Shown: positions 38,901 to 53,822 of the stretch, piece after piece
Position numbering within the stretch: position 1 is the first letter of the stretch
Layout of the letters: each line of letters starts with the position of its first letter
The notes under the pieces: model-generated
What the model was told of the DNA's origin: nothing
Seen by the model: the letters and a program-made list of their open reading frames with translations, nothing else
Database searches by the model: none
Position numbers and translations under genes: made by a program
Assembly (NCBI GenBank): GCA_964016885.1
Contig: OZ024741.1
Span: forward strand, 256,928,001 to 256,992,000
Direction: 5' to 3'
DNA length: 64,000 bases
Source of the DNA: Eledone cirrhosa
Taxonomy: Eukaryota

Positions 38901-41900
38901 TGTTTCGGCTTATGAGTGTTTCGACTTACGAGTGCTTCGGCTTACGAGTGTTTCGACTTACGAGTGTTTCGGCTTACGAGAGTTTCGACTTACGAATGTT
39001 TTGGCTTACGAGTGTTTCGGCTTACGAGTGTTTCGACTTACGGGTGTTTCGACTTACGGGTGTTCCGACTTAAGAGTGATTCGACTTACGAGCGCTTCGA
39101 CTTACGAGTGTTCCGACTTACGAGTGTTTCTGCTTACGAGTGTTTCGACTTACGAGTGTTTCGGCTTACAAGTGTTTCGGCTTACGAGTGGTTTGACTTA
39201 CGAGTGTTCTGACTACGAGTGTTTCGACTTACGAGTGTTCCGGCTTACGCGTGTTTCGACTTACGAGTGTTTCGGCTTATGAGTGTTTCGACTCACGAGT
39301 GTTTCGGCTTACGAGTGTTTCGACTTACGAGTGTTTCGACTTACGGGTGTTTCGACTTACGAGTGTTTCGACTACGAATGTTTCGACTTACGAGTGTTTC
39401 GGCTTACGAGTGTTTCGACTTATGGGTGTTTCGACTTACGAGTGTTTTTACTTACGGTGTTTCGGCTTCCGAGTGTTTCGACATACGAGTGTTTTGACTT
39501 ACGGGTGTTTCGACTTACGAATGTTTTGACTTACGGGTGTTTCGGCTTACGATTGTTTCGATTTATGAGTGTTTCGGCTTACGAGTGTTTCGACTTACTA
39601 ATGTTTTTACTTACGAGTGTTTCGGCGTACGAGAGTTTTGACTTACGAGTGTTTCTACTTACGAGTGTTTCGACTTACGAGTGTTTTGACTTACGAATGT
39701 TTTGACTTACGGGTGTTTCGGCTTACGAGTGTTTCGACTTTCAAGTCTTTCGGCTTACGAGTGTTTCGACTTACTAATGTTTTTACTTACGAGTGTTTCG
39801 GCGTACGAGTGTTTCGACTTACGAGTGTTTCGACTTACGGGTGTTTTGACTTACGGGTGTTTCGGCTTACGAGTGTTTCGACTTACGAGTGTTTTGACTT
39901 AAGGGTGTTTCGACTTACGAGTATTTTTGGCTTACGAGTGTTTCGACTTACGAGTGTTTTGACCTACGAGTGTTCTAATTTACGGATGTTTCGACATACG
40001 AGTGTTTTGACTTACGAGTGTTTCGACTTATGAGTGTTTCGACTTACGAGTGTTTCGGCTTACGAGTGGTTTGACTTACGAGTGTTCTGACTACGAGTGT
40101 TTTGACTTACGAGTGTTTCGGCTTATGAGTGTTTCGACTTACGTGTGTTTCGGTTTACGAGTGTTTCGACTTACGAGTGTTTCGACTTACGGGTGTTTCG
40201 ACTTACGAGTGTTTCGACTACGAGTGTTTCGACTTACGAGTGTTTCGACTTACGAGTGTTTCGACTTACGAGTGTTTCGGCTTACGAGTGTTTCGACTTA
40301 CTAATGTTTTTACTTAAGAGTGTTTCGGTGTACGAGTGTTTCGACTTAAGGATGTTTCGACTTACGAGTGTTTCGACTTACGAGTGTTTTGGCTTACGTG
40401 AGTTTCGACTTAAGAGTGTTCTGATTTACGAGTGTTCTGACTTGCGGGTGTTCTGATTTACGAGTGTTCCGACTTACGAGTGTTTCGGCTTATGAGTGTT
40501 TCGACTTACGAGTGTTTCGGCTTACGAGTGTTTCGACTTATGGGCGTTTCGACTTACGAGTGTTTTTACTTACGGTGTTTCGGCTTACGAGTGCTTCGAC
40601 ATACGAGTGTTTTGACTTATGTGTGTTTCGACTTACGAGTGTTTTGACTTACGAATGTTTTGACTTACGAGTGTTTCGGCGTACGAGAGTTTTGACTTAC
40701 GAGTGTTTCTACTTACGAGTGTTTCGACTTACGAATGTTTTGACTTACGAATGTTTTGACTTACGGGTGTTTCGGCTTACGAGTGTTTCGACTTACGAGT
40801 CTTTCGGCTTACGAGTGTTTCGACTTACTAATGTTTTTACTTACGAGTGTTTCGGCGTACGAGTGTTTCGACTTACGAGTGTTTCGGCTTACGAGTGTTT
40901 CGACTTACTAATGTTTTTACTTACGAGTGTTTCGGCGTACGAGTGTTTCGACTTACGAGTGTTTTTACTTAAGGGTGTTTCGACTTACGTGTATTTTTGG
41001 CTTACGAGTGTTTCGACTTACGAGTGTTTTGACTTACGAGTGTTCTGATTTACGGATGTTTCGACATACGAGTGTTTTGACTTACGATGTTTCGACTTAC
41101 GAGTGTTTCGACTTACGAGTGTTTCGACTTACGGGTGTTTCGACTTACGAGTGTTTCAACTTACGAGTGTTTCGACTTACGAATGTTTCGACTTACGGGT
41201 GTTTCGGCTTACGAGTGTTTCGACTTACGAGTGTTCTGACTTACGAGTGTTCTGACTTACGAGTGTTCCGGCTTACGAGTTTTTCGACTTACGAGTGTTT
41301 CGACTTACGAGTGTTTCGACTTACGAGTGTTTCGGCTTACGAGTGGTTTGACTTACGAGTGTTCTGACTACGAGTGTTCTGACTTACGAATGTTTCGGCT
41401 TATGAGTGTTTCGACTTACGAGTGTTTCGGTTTATGAGTGTTTCGACTTACGAGTGTTTCGGCTTACGAGTGTTTGGACTTACGAGTGTTTCGACATACG
41501 GGTGTTTCGACTTACGGTGTTTCGGCTTACGAGTGTTTCGACTTACGAGTGTTCTGACTTACGAGTGTTCTGACTTATGAGTGTTCTGACTTACGAGTGT
41601 TCCGACTTACGAGTGTTTCGGCTTCCGAGTGTTTCGACTTACGAGTGTTTCGACTTACGAGTGTTTCGACTTATGAGTGTTTTGACTTACGGTGTTTCGG
41701 CTTACGAGTGTTTCGACTTACGAGTGTTTTGACTTACTGGTGTTTTGACATACGAGTGTTTCGATACGAGTGTTTCGACTTACGAGTGTTCTGACTTACG
41801 AGTGTTCTGACTTACGAGTGTTCTGACTTACGAGTGTTCTAACTTACGAGTGTTCTGACTTACGAGTGTTCTGACTTACGAGTGTTCCGACTTACGAGTG

Positions 41901-41945
41901 TTTCGGCTCACGAGTGTTTCGGCTTACGAGTGTTTCGACTTACGA

Positions 41946-42014
41946 AGATAACAAATAGACGCGGTTTCAAATCTCTATGCTTTTCAAATTCAGTACATTA
42001 ATCTTTATTCATAC
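41946..42014. repeat. 69-bp AT-rich interruption, haplotype B (copy 10)
   Basis: Same sequence as 15983-16051. Confidence 0.97.
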
Positions 42015-45000
42015 GTTTCGCTTTACGAGTGTTTCGACTTACGAGTGTTTCGACTTACGAGTGTTTCGGCTTACGAGTGTTTTGACTTACGAGTGTTTTG
42101 ACTTACATGTGTTTCGACTTACGCGTGTTTCGACTTATGAGTGTTCTGATTTACGGATGTTTCGACATACGAGTGTTTTGACTTACGGTGTTTCGACTTA
42201 CGAGTGTTTCGACTTACGAGTGTTTCGGCTTACGAATGTTTCGACTTATGGGTGTTTCGACTTACGAGTGTTTTTACTTACGGTGTTTCGGCTTACGAGT
42301 GTTTCGACATACGAGTGTTTTGACTTACGGGTGTTTCGACTTACGAGTGTTTCGACTTACGAATGTTTTGACTTACGGGTGTTTCGGCTTACGAGTGTTT
42401 CGATTTATGAGTGTTTCGGCTTACGAGTGTTTCGACTTACTAATGTTTTTACTTACGAGTGTTTCGGCGTACGAGAGTTTTGACTTACGAGTGTTTCTAC
42501 TTACGAGTGTTTCGACTTACGAGTGTTTTGACTTACGAATGTTTTGACTGACGGGTGTTTCGGCTTACGAGTGTTTCGACTTACGAGTCTTTCGGCTTAC
42601 GAGTGTTTCGACTTACTAATGTTTTTACTTACGAGTGTTTCGGCGTACGAGTGTTTCGACTTACGAGTGTTTCGACTTACGGGTGTTTTGACTTACGGGT
42701 GTTTCGGCTTACGAGTGTTTCGACTTACGAGTGTTTTGACTTAAGGGTGTTTCGACTTACGAGTATTTTTGGCTTACGAGTGTTTCGACTTACGAGTGTT
42801 TTGACTTACGAGTGTTCTAATTTACGGATGTTTCGACATACGAGTGTTTTGACTTACGAGTGTTTCGACTTATGAGTGTTTCGACTTACGAGTGTTTCGG
42901 CTTACGAGTGGTTTGACTTACGAGTGTTCTGACTACGAGTGATTTGACTTACGAGTGTTTCGGCTTATGAGTGTTTCGACTTACGAGTGTTTCGGCTTAT
43001 GAGTGTTTCGACTTACGTGTGTTTCGGTTTACGAGTGTTTCGACTTACGAGTGTTTCGACTTACGGGTGTTTCGACTTACGAGTGTTTCGACTACGAGTG
43101 TTTCGACTTACGAGTGTTTCGGCTTATGAGTGTTTCGACATACGGGTGTTTCGACTTACGATGTTTCGGCTTACGAGTGTTTCGACTTACGAGTATTCTG
43201 ACTTACGGGTGTTTCGACTTACGGGTGTTTCGACTTAAGAGTGTTTCGACTTACGAGCGCTTCGACTTACGAGTGTTCTGACTTACGAGTGTTCCGACTT
43301 ACGAGTGTTTCGGCTTACGAGTGTTTCGACTTACGAGTGTTCCGGCTTACGCGTGTTTCGACTTACGAGTGTTTCGGCTTATGAGTGTTTCGACTTACGA
43401 GTGCTTCGGCTTACGAGTGTTTCGACTTACGAGTGTTTCGGCTTACGAGAGTTTCGACTTACGAATGTTTTGGCTTACGAGTGTTTCGGCTTACGAGTGT
43501 TTCGACTTACGGGTGTTTCGACTTACGGGTGTTCCGACTTAAGAGTGATTCGACTTACGAGCGCTTCGACTTACGAGTGTTCCGACTTACGAGTGTTTCT
43601 GCTTACGAGTGTTTCGACTTACGAGTGTTTCGGCTTACAAGTGTTTCGGCTTACGAGTGGTTTGACTTACGAGTGTTCTGACTACGAGTGTTTCGACTTA
43701 CGAGTGTTCCGGCTTACGCGTGTTTCGACTTACGAGTGTTTCGGCTTATGAGTGTTTCGACTCACGAGTGTTTCGGCTTACGAGTGTTTCGACTTACGAG
43801 TGTTTCGACTTACGGGTGTTTCGACTTACGAGTGTTTCGACTACGAATGTTTCGACTTACGAGTGTTTCGGCTTACGAGTGTTTCGACTTATGGGTGTTT
43901 CGACTTACGAGTGTTTTTACTTACGGTGTTTCGGCTTCCGAGTGTTTCGACATACGAGTGTTTTGACTTACGGGTGTTTCGACTTACGAATGTTTTGACT
44001 TACGGGTGTTTCGGCTTACGATTGTTTCGATTTATGAGTGTTTCGGCTTACGAGTGTTTCGACTTACTAATGTTTTTACTTACGAGTGTTTCGGCGTACG
44101 AGAGTTTTGACTTACGAGTGTTTCTACTTACGAGTGTTTCGACTTACGAGTGTTTTGACTTACGAATGTTTTGACTTACGGGTGTTTCGGCTTACGAGTG
44201 TTTCGACTTTCGAGTCTTTCGGCTTACGAGTGTTTCGACTTACTAATGTTTTTACTTACGAGTGTTTCGGCGTACGAGTGTTTCGACTTACGAGTGTTTC
44301 GACTTACGGGTGTTTTGACTTACGGGTGTTTCGGCTTACGAGTGTTTCGACTTACGAGTGTTTTGACTTAAGGGTGTTTCGACTTACGAGTATTTTTGGC
44401 TTACGAGTGTTTCGACTTACGAGTGTTTTGACCTACGAGTGTTCTAATTTACGGATGTTTCGACATACGAGTGTTTTGACTTACGAGTGTTTCGACTTAT
44501 GAGTGTTTCGACTTACGAGTGTTTCGGCTTACGAGTGGTTTGACTTACGAGTGTTCTGACTACTAGTGTTTTGACTTACGAATGTTTCGGCTTATGAGTG
44601 TTTCGACTTACGAGTGTTTCGGTTTATGAGTGTTTCGACTTACGAGTGTTTCGGCTTACGAGTGTTTGGACTTACGAGTGTTTCGACTTACGGGTGTTTC
44701 GACTTACGAGTGTTTCGTCTACGAGTGTTTCGGCTTACGAGTGTTTCGACATACGGGTGTTTCGACTTACGGTGTTTCGGCTTACGAGTGTTTCGACTTA
44801 CGAGTGTTCTGACTTACGAGTGTTCTGACTTATGAGTGTTCTGACTTACGAGTGTTCCGACTTACGAGTGTTTCGGCTTCCGAGTGTTTCGACTTACGAG
44901 TGTTTCGACTTACGAGTGTTTCGACTTATGAGTGTTTTGACTTACGGTGTTTCGGCTTACGAGTGTTTCGACTTACGAGTGTTTTGACTTACTGGTGTTT

Positions 45001-45216
45001 TGACATACGAGTGTTTCGATACGAGTGTTTCGACTTACGAGTGTTCTGACTTACGAGTGTTCTGACTTACGAGTGTTCTGACTTACGAGTGTTCTAACTT
45101 ACGAGTGTTCTGACTTACGAGTGTTCTGACTTACGAGTGTTCCGACTTACGAGTGTTCCGACTTACGAGTGTTTCGGCTCACGAGTGTTTCGGCTTACGA
45201 GTGTTTCGACTTACGA

Positions 45217-45285
45217 AGATAACAAATAGACGCGGTTTCAAATCTCTATGCTTTTCAAATTCAGTACATTAATCTTTATTCATAC
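45217..45285. repeat. 69-bp AT-rich interruption, haplotype B (copy 11)
   Basis: Same sequence as 15983-16051. Confidence 0.97.
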
Positions 45286-48200
45286 GTTTCGCTTTACGAG
45301 TGTTTCGACTTACGAGTGTTTCGACTTACGAGTGTTTCGGCTTACGAGTGTTTTGACTTACGAGTGTTTTGACTTACATGTGTTTCGACTTACGCGTGTT
45401 TCGACTTATGAGTGTTCTGATTTACGGATGTTTCGACATACGAGTGTTTTGACTTACGGTGTTTCGACTTACGAGTGTTTCGACTTACGAGTGTTTCGGC
45501 TTACGAATGTTTCGACTTATGGGTGTTTCGACTTACGAGTGTTTTTACTTACGGTGTTTCGGCTTACGAGTGTTTCGACATACGAGTGTTTTGACTTACG
45601 GGTGTTTCGACTTACGAGTGTTTCGACTTACGAATGTTTTGACTTACGGGTGTTTCGGCTTACGAGTGTTTCGATTTATGAGTGTTTCGGCTTACGAGTG
45701 TTTCGACTTACTAATGTTTTTACTTACGAGTGTTTCGGCGTACGAGAGTTTTGACTTACGAGTGTTTCTACTTACGAGTGTTTCGACTTACGAGTGTTTT
45801 GACTTACGAATGTTTTGACTGACGGGTGTTTCGGCTTACGAGTGTTTCGACTTACGAGTCTTTCGGCTTACGAGTGTTTCGACTTACTAATGTTTTTACT
45901 TACGAGTGTTTCGGCGTACGAGTGTTTCGACTTACGAGTGTTTCGACTTACGGGTGTTTTGACTTACGGGTGTTTCGGCTTACGAGTGTTTCGACTTACG
46001 AGTGTTTTGACTTAAGGGTGTTTCGACTTACGAGTATTTTTGGCTTACGAGTGTTTCGACTTACGAGTGTTTTGACTTACGAGTGTTCTAATTTACGGAT
46101 GTTTCGACATACGAGTGTTTTGACTTACGAGTGTTTCGACTTATGAGTGTTTCGACTTACGAGTGTTTCGGCTTACGAGTGGTTTGACTTACGAGTGTTC
46201 TGACTACGAGTGATTTGACTTACGAGTGTTTCGGCTTATGAGTGTTTCGACTTACGAGTGTTTCGGCTTATGAGTGTTTCGACTTACGTGTGTTTCGGTT
46301 TACGAGTGTTTCGACTTACGAGTGTTTCGACTTACGGGTGTTTCGACTTACGAGTGTTTCGACTACGAGTGTTTCGACTTACGAGTGTTTCGGCTTATGA
46401 GTGTTTCGACATACGGGTGTTTCGACTTACGATGTTTCGGCTTACGAGTGTTTCGACTTACGAGTATTCTGACTTACGGGTGTTTCGACTTACGGGTGTT
46501 TCGACTTAAGAGTGTTTCGACTTACGAGCGCTTCGACTTACGAGTGTTCTGACTTACGAGTGTTCCGACTTACGAGTGTTTCGGCTTACGAGTGTTTCGA
46601 CTTACGAGTGTTCCGGCTTACGCGTGTTTCGACTTACGAGTGTTTCGGCTTATGAGTGTTTCGACTTACGAGTGCTTCGGCTTACGAGTGTTTCGACTTA
46701 CGAGTGTTTCGGCTTACGAGAGTTTCGACTTACGAATGTTTTGGCTTACGAGTGTTTCGGCTTACGAGTGTTTCGACTTACGGGTGTTTCGACTTACGGG
46801 TGTTCCGACTTAAGAGTGATTCGACTTACGAGCGCTTCGACTTACGAGTGTTCCGACTTACGAGTGTTTCTGCTTACGAGTGTTTCGACTTACGAGTGTT
46901 TCGGCTTACAAGTGTTTCGGCTTACGAGTGGTTTGACTTACGAGTGTTCTAACTACGAGTGTTTCGACTTACGAGTGTTCCGGCTTACGCGTGTTTCGAC
47001 TTACGAGTGTTTCGGCTTATGAGTGTTTCGACTCACGAGTGTTTCGGCTTACGAGTGTTTCGACTTACGAGTGTTTCGACTTACGGGTGTTTCGACTTAC
47101 GAGTGTTTCGACTACGAATGTTTCGACTTACGAGTGTTTCGGCTTACGAGTGTTTCGACTTATGGGTGTTTCGACTTACGAGTGTTTTTACTTACGGTGT
47201 TTCGGCTTCCGAGTGTTTCGACATACGAGTGTTTTGACTTACGGGTGTTTCGACTTACGAATGTTTTGACTTACGGGTGTTTCGGCTTACGATTGTTTCG
47301 ATTTATGAGTGTTTCGGCTTACGAGTGTTTCGACTTACTAATGTTTTTACTTACGAGTGTTTCGGCGTACGAGAGTTTTGACTTACGAGTGTTTCTACTT
47401 ACGAGTGTTTCGACTTACGAGTGTTTTGACTTACGAATGTTTTGACTTACGGGTGTTTCGGCTTACGAGTGTTTCGACTTTCGAGTCTTTCGGCTTACGA
47501 GTGTTTCGACTTACTAATGTTTTTACTTACGAGTGTTTCGGCGTACGAGTGTTTCGACTTACGAGTGTTTCGACTTACGGGTGTTTTGACTTACGGGTGT
47601 TTCGGCTTACGAGTGTTTCGACTTACGAGTGTTTTGACTTAAGGGTGTTTCGACTTACGAGTATTTTTGGCTTACGAGTGTTTCGACTTACGAGTGTTTT
47701 GACTTACGAGTGTTCTAATTTACGGATGTTTCGACATACGAGTGTTTTGACTTACGAGTGTTTCGACTTATGAGTGTTTCGACTTACGAGTGTTTCGGCT
47801 TACGAGTGGTTTGACTTACGAGTGTTCTGACTACGAGTGATTTGACTTACGAGTGTTTCGGCTTATGAGTGTTTCGACTTACGAGTGTTTCGGCTTATGA
47901 GTGTTTCGACTTACGTGTGTTTCGGTTTACGAGTGTTTCGACTTACGAGTGTTTCGACTTACGGGTGTTTCGACTTACGAGTGTTTCGACTACGAGTGTT
48001 TCGACTTACGAGTGTTTCGGCTTATGAGTGTTTCGACATACGGGTGTTTCGACTTACGATGTTTCGGCTTACGAGTGTTTCGACTTACGAGTATTCTGAC
48101 TTACGGGTGTTTCGACTTACGGGTGTTTCGACTTAAGAGTGTTTCGACTTACGAGCGCTTCGACTTACGAGTGTTCTGACTTACGAGTGTTCCGACTTAC

Positions 48201-51200
48201 GAGTGTTTCGGCTTACGAGTGTTTCGACTTACGAGTGTTCCGACTTACGCGTGTTTCGACTTACGAGTGTTTCGGCTTATGAGTGTTTCGACTTACGAGT
48301 GCTTCGGCTTACGAGTGTTTCGACTTACGAGTGTTTCGGCTTACGAGAGTTTCGACTTACGAATGTTTTGGCTTACGAGTGTTTCGGCTTACGAGTGTTT
48401 CGACTTACGGGTGTTTCGACTTACGGGTGTTCCGACTTAAGAGTGATTCGACTTACGAGTGCTTCGACTTACGAGTGTTCCGACTTACGAGTGTTTCTGC
48501 TTACGAGTGTTTCGACTTACGAGTGTTTCGGCTTACAAGTGTTTCGGCTTACGAGTGGTTTGACTTACGAGTGTTCTGACTACGAGTGTTTCGACTTACG
48601 AGTGTTCCGGCTTACGCGTGTTTCGACTTACGAATGTTTTGGCTTACGAGTGTTTCGGCTTACGAGTGTTTCGACTTACGGGTGTTTCGACTTACGGGTG
48701 TTCCGACTTAAGAGTGATTCGACTTACGGGCGCTTGGACTTACGAGTGTTCCGACTTACGAGTGTTTCTGCTTACGAGTGTTTCGACTTACGAATGTTTC
48801 GACTTACGAGTGTTTCGGCTTACGAGTGTTTCGACTTACTAATGTTTTTACTTACGAGTGTTTCGGCGTACGAGTGTTTCGACTTACGAGTGTTTCGGCT
48901 TACGAGTGTTTCGACTTACGAGTGTTTTTACTTAAGGGTGTTTCGACTTACGAGTATTTTTGGCTTACGAGTGTTTCGACTTACGAGTGTTTTGACTTAC
49001 GAGTGTTCTGATTTACGAATGTTTCGACATACGAGTGTTTTGACTTACGATGTTTCGACTTACGAGTGTTTCGACTTACGAGTGTTCTGACTTACGAGTG
49101 TTCTGACTTACGAGTGTTCCGGCTTACGAGTTTTTCGACTTACGAGTGTTTCGACTTACGAGTGTTTCGACTTACGAGTGTTTCGGCTTACGAGTGGTTT
49201 GACTTACGAGTGTTCTGACTACGAGTGTTCTGACTTACGAGTGTTTCGGCTTATGAGTGTTTCGACTTACGAGTGTTTCGGTTTATGAGTGTTTCGACTT
49301 ACGAGTGTTTCGGCTTACGAGTGTTTCGACTTACGAATGTTTCGACTTACGGGTGTTTCGACTTACGAGTGTTTCGTCTACGAGTGTTTCGACTTACGAG
49401 TGTTTCGGCTTACGAGTGTTTCGACATACGGGTGTTTCGACTTACGGTGTTTCGGCTTTCGAGTGTTTCGACTTACGAGTGTTTTGACTTACGAGTGTTC
49501 TGACTTACGAGTGTTCCGACTTACGAGTGTTCCGACTTACGAGTGTTTCGGCTTACGAGTGTTTCGGCTTACGAGTGTTTCGGCTTACGAGTGTTTTGAC
49601 TTACGAGTGTTCTGACTACGAGTGTTCTGACTTACGGGTGTTCTGACTTACGGTGTTCCGACTTACGAGTGTTTCGGCTAATGAGTGTTTCGACTTACGG
49701 GCGTTTCGACTTACGGGTGTTTCGAATTACGAGTGTTTTGACTTACGAGTGTTCTGACTTACGAGTGTTTTGACTTACGAGTGTTCCGACTTACGAGTGT
49801 TTCGGCTTACGGGTGTTTCGACGTACGAGTATTTTTGGCTTACGAGTGTTTCGAGTTACGAGTGTTTTGAATTACGATTGTTTCGGCTTACGAGTGTTTC
49901 GACTTACGAGTATTTCGACTTACGAGTTTTTTTACTTATGGTGTTTCGGCTTACGAGTGTTTCGACTTACGAGTGTTTCGACTTACGGGTGTTTTGACAT
50001 ACGAGTGTTTCGATATGAGTGCTCTGACTTACGAGTGTTCTGACTTATGAGTGTTCTGACTTACGAGTGTTCTGACTTACGGGTGTTCTGACTTACGTGT
50101 GTTCCGACTTACGTGTTTCAGCTATGGGTGTTTCGACTTACGAGTGTTTCGACTTACGAATGTTTTGGCTTACGAGTGTTTCGGCTTACGAATGTTTCGA
50201 CTTACGAATGTTTTGGCTTACGAGTGTTTCGGCTTATGGGTGTTTCGACTTACGAGTGTTTCGACTTGCGAGTGTTTTGACTTACGGTGTTTCGGCTTAC
50301 AAGTTATTCGACATACGAGTGTTTCGACTTACGAGTGTTTCGACTTACGGGTGTTTCGACTTACGAGTGTTTCGACTTACGAGTGTTCTGACTTACGAGT
50401 GTTCTGACTTACGAGTGTTCTGACTTACGAGTGTTCCGACTTACGAGTGTTCCGACTTACGAGTGTTTTGACTTACGAGTGTTCTGACTTACGAGTGTTC
50501 TTACTTACGAGTGTTCCGACTTACGAGTGTTCCGACTTACGAGTGTTTCGGCTTACGAGTGTTTCGGCTTACTAATGTTTTTACTTACGAGTGTTTCGGT
50601 GTACGAGTGTTTCGACTTAAGGATGTTTCGACTTACGAGTGTTTCGACTTACGAGTGTTTCGACTTACGAGTGTTTTGGCTTACGAATGTTTTTACTTAC
50701 GGGTGTTTCGACTTACGGGTGTTTCGGCTTACGAGTGTTTCGACTTACGAGTGTTTTGACTTACGAGTGTTCTGACTTACGAGTGTTCCGACTTACGAGT
50801 GTTCCGACTTACGAGTGTTTCGGCTTACGAGTGTTTCGGCTTACGAGTGTTTCGGCTTACGAGTGTTTTGACTTACGAGTGTTCTGACTACGAGTGTTCT
50901 GACTTACGGGTGTTCTGACTTACGAGTGTTCCGACTTACGAGTGTTTCGGCTAATGAGTGTTTCGACTTACGGGCGTTTCGACTTACGGGTGTTTCGACT
51001 TACGAGTGTTTTGACTTATGAGTGTTCAGACTTACGAGTGTTCTGACTTACGAGTGTTCCGACTTACGACTGTTTCGACTTACGAGTGTTTTGACTTACG
51101 AGTGTTCCGACTTACGATTGTTTCGGCTTACGGGTGTTTCGACGTACGAGTATTTTTGGCTTACGAGTGTTTCGACTTACGAGTGTTTTGAATTACGATT

Positions 51201-51758
51201 GTTTCGGCTTACGAGTGTTTCGACTTACGAGTATTTCGACGTACGAGTTTTTTTTCCTTACGCTGTTTCGGCTTACGAGTGTTTCGACTTATGAGTGTTT
51301 CGACTTACGAGTGTTCTGACTTACGAGTGTTCTGACTTGCGAGTGTTCCGACTTACGAGTGTTTCGGCTTACGAGTGTTTCGACATACGAGTGTTTTGAC
51401 TTACGGATGTTTCGACTTACGGGTGTTTCGACTTACGAGTGTTTCGACTTACGAGTGTTCTGACTACGAGTGTTCTGACTTACGGGTGTTTCGACTTACG
51501 AGTGTTCCGACCTACGAGGGTTTCAGCTTACGGGTGTTCCGGCTTATGAGTATTTTCGGCTTACGTGTGTTTCGACTTACGAGTGTTTTGACTTACGATT
51601 GTTTCGGCTTACGAGTGTTTCGACTTACGAGTGTTTCTACTTACGAGTGTTTTGACTTACGATTGTTTCGGCTTACGAGTGTTTCGACTTACGAGTGTTC
51701 TGACTTACGAGTGTTCTGACTTACGAGTGTTCTGACTTACGAGTGTTTCGACTTACGA

Positions 51759-51827
51759 AAATAACAAATAGACGCGGTTTCAAATCTGTATGCTTTTCAA
51801 GTTCATTACATTAATCTTTATTTATAC
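51759..51827. repeat. 69-bp AT-rich interruption, haplotype A (copy 12)
   Basis: Same sequence as 7081-7149. Confidence 0.97.
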
Positions 51828-53753
51828 GTTTCGCTTTACGAATGTTTCGACTTACGAGTGTTTCGACTTACGAGTGTTTCGACTTACGGGTGTTTCGACT
51901 TACGAGTGTTTCGACATACGAGTGTTCTGACTACGAGTGTTCTGACTTACGGGTGCTCTGACTTACGAGTGTTTCGACTTACGAGTGTTTCGACTTACGA
52001 GTGTTTCGACTTACGAGTGTTTCGGCTTACGAGTGTTTCGACTTACTAATGTTTTTACTTACGAGTGTTTCGGTGTACGAGTGTTTCGACTTAAGGATGT
52101 TTCGACTTACGAGTGTTTCGACTTACGAGTGTTTTGGCTTACGTGAGTTTCGACTTAAGAGTGTTCTGATTTACGAGTGTTCTGACTTGCGGGTGTTCTG
52201 ATTTACGAGTGTTCCGACTTACGAGTGTTTCGGCTTATGAGTGTTTCGACTTACGAGTGTTTCGGCTTACGAGTGTTTCGACTTATGGGCGTTTCGACTT
52301 ACGAGTGTTTTTACTTACGGTGTTTCGGCTTACGAGTGCTTCGACATACGAGTGTTTTGACTTATGTGTGTTTCGACTTACGAGTGTTTTGACTTACGAA
52401 TGTTTTGACTTACGAGTGTTTCGGCGTACGAGAGTTTTGACTTACGAGTGTTTCTACTTACGAGTGTTTCGACTTACGAATGTTTTGACTTACGAATGTT
52501 TTGACTTACGGGTGTTTCGGCTTACGAGTGTTTCGACTTACGAGTCTTTCGGCTTACGAGTGTTTCGACTTACTAATGTTTTTACTTACGAGTGTTTCGG
52601 CGTACGAGTGTTTCGACTTACGAGTGTTTCGGCTTACGAGTGTTTCGACTTACTAATGTTTTTACTTACGAGTGTTTCGGCGTACGAGTGTTTCGACTTA
52701 CGAGTGTTTTTACTTAAGGGTGTTTCGACTTACGTGTATTTTTGGCTTACGAGTGTTTCGACTTACAAGTGTTTTGACTTACGAGTGTTCTGATTTACGG
52801 ATGTTTCGACATACGAGTGTTTTGACTTACGATGTTTCGACTTACGAGTGTTTCGACTTACGAGTGTTTCGACTTACGGGTGTTTCGACTTACGAGTGTT
52901 TCAACTTACGAGTGTTTCGACTTACGAATGTTTCGACTTACGGGTGTTTCGGCTTACGAGTGTTTCGACTTACGAGTGTTCTGACTTACGAGTGTTCTGA
53001 CTTACGAGTGTTCCGGCTTACGAGTTTTTCGACTTACGAGTGTTTCGACTTACGAGTGTTTCGACTTACGAGTGTTTCGGCTTACGAGTGGTTTGACTTA
53101 CGAGTGTTCTGACTACGAGTGTTCTGACTTACGAATGTTTCGGCTTATGAGTGTTTCGACTTACGAGTGTTTCGGTTTATGAGTGTTTCGACTTACGAGT
53201 GTTTCGGCTTACGAGTGTTTGGACTTACGAGTGTTTCGACTTACGGGTGTTTCGACTTACGAGTGTTTCGTCTACGAGTGTTTCGGCTTACGAGTGTTTC
53301 GACATACGGGTGTTTCGACTTACGGTGTTTCGGCTTACGAGTGTTTCGACTTACGAGTGTTCTGACTTACGAGTGTTCTGACTTATGAGTGTTCTGACTT
53401 ACGAGTGTTCCGACTTACGAGTGTTTCGGCTTCCGAGTGTTTCGACTTACGAGTGTTTCGACTTACGAGTGTTTCGACTTATGAGTGTTTTGACTTACGG
53501 TGTTTCGGCTTACGAGTGTTTCGACTTACGAGTGTTTTGACTTACTGGTGTTTTGACATACGAGTGTTTCGATACGAGTGTTTCGACTTACGAGTGTTCT
53601 GACTTACGAGTGTTCTGACTTACGAGTGTTCTGACTTACGAGTGTTCTAACTTACGAGTGTTCTGACTTACGAGTGTTCTGACTTACGAGTGTTCCGACT
53701 TACGAGTGTTTCGGCTCACGAGTGTTTCGGCTTACGAGTGTTTCGACTTACGA

Positions 53754-53822
53754 AGATAACAAATAGACGCGGTTTCAAATCTCTATGCTTTTCAAATTCA
53801 GTACATTAATCTTTATTCATAC
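53754..53822. repeat. 69-bp AT-rich interruption, haplotype B (copy 13)
   Basis: Same sequence as 15983-16051. Confidence 0.97.
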
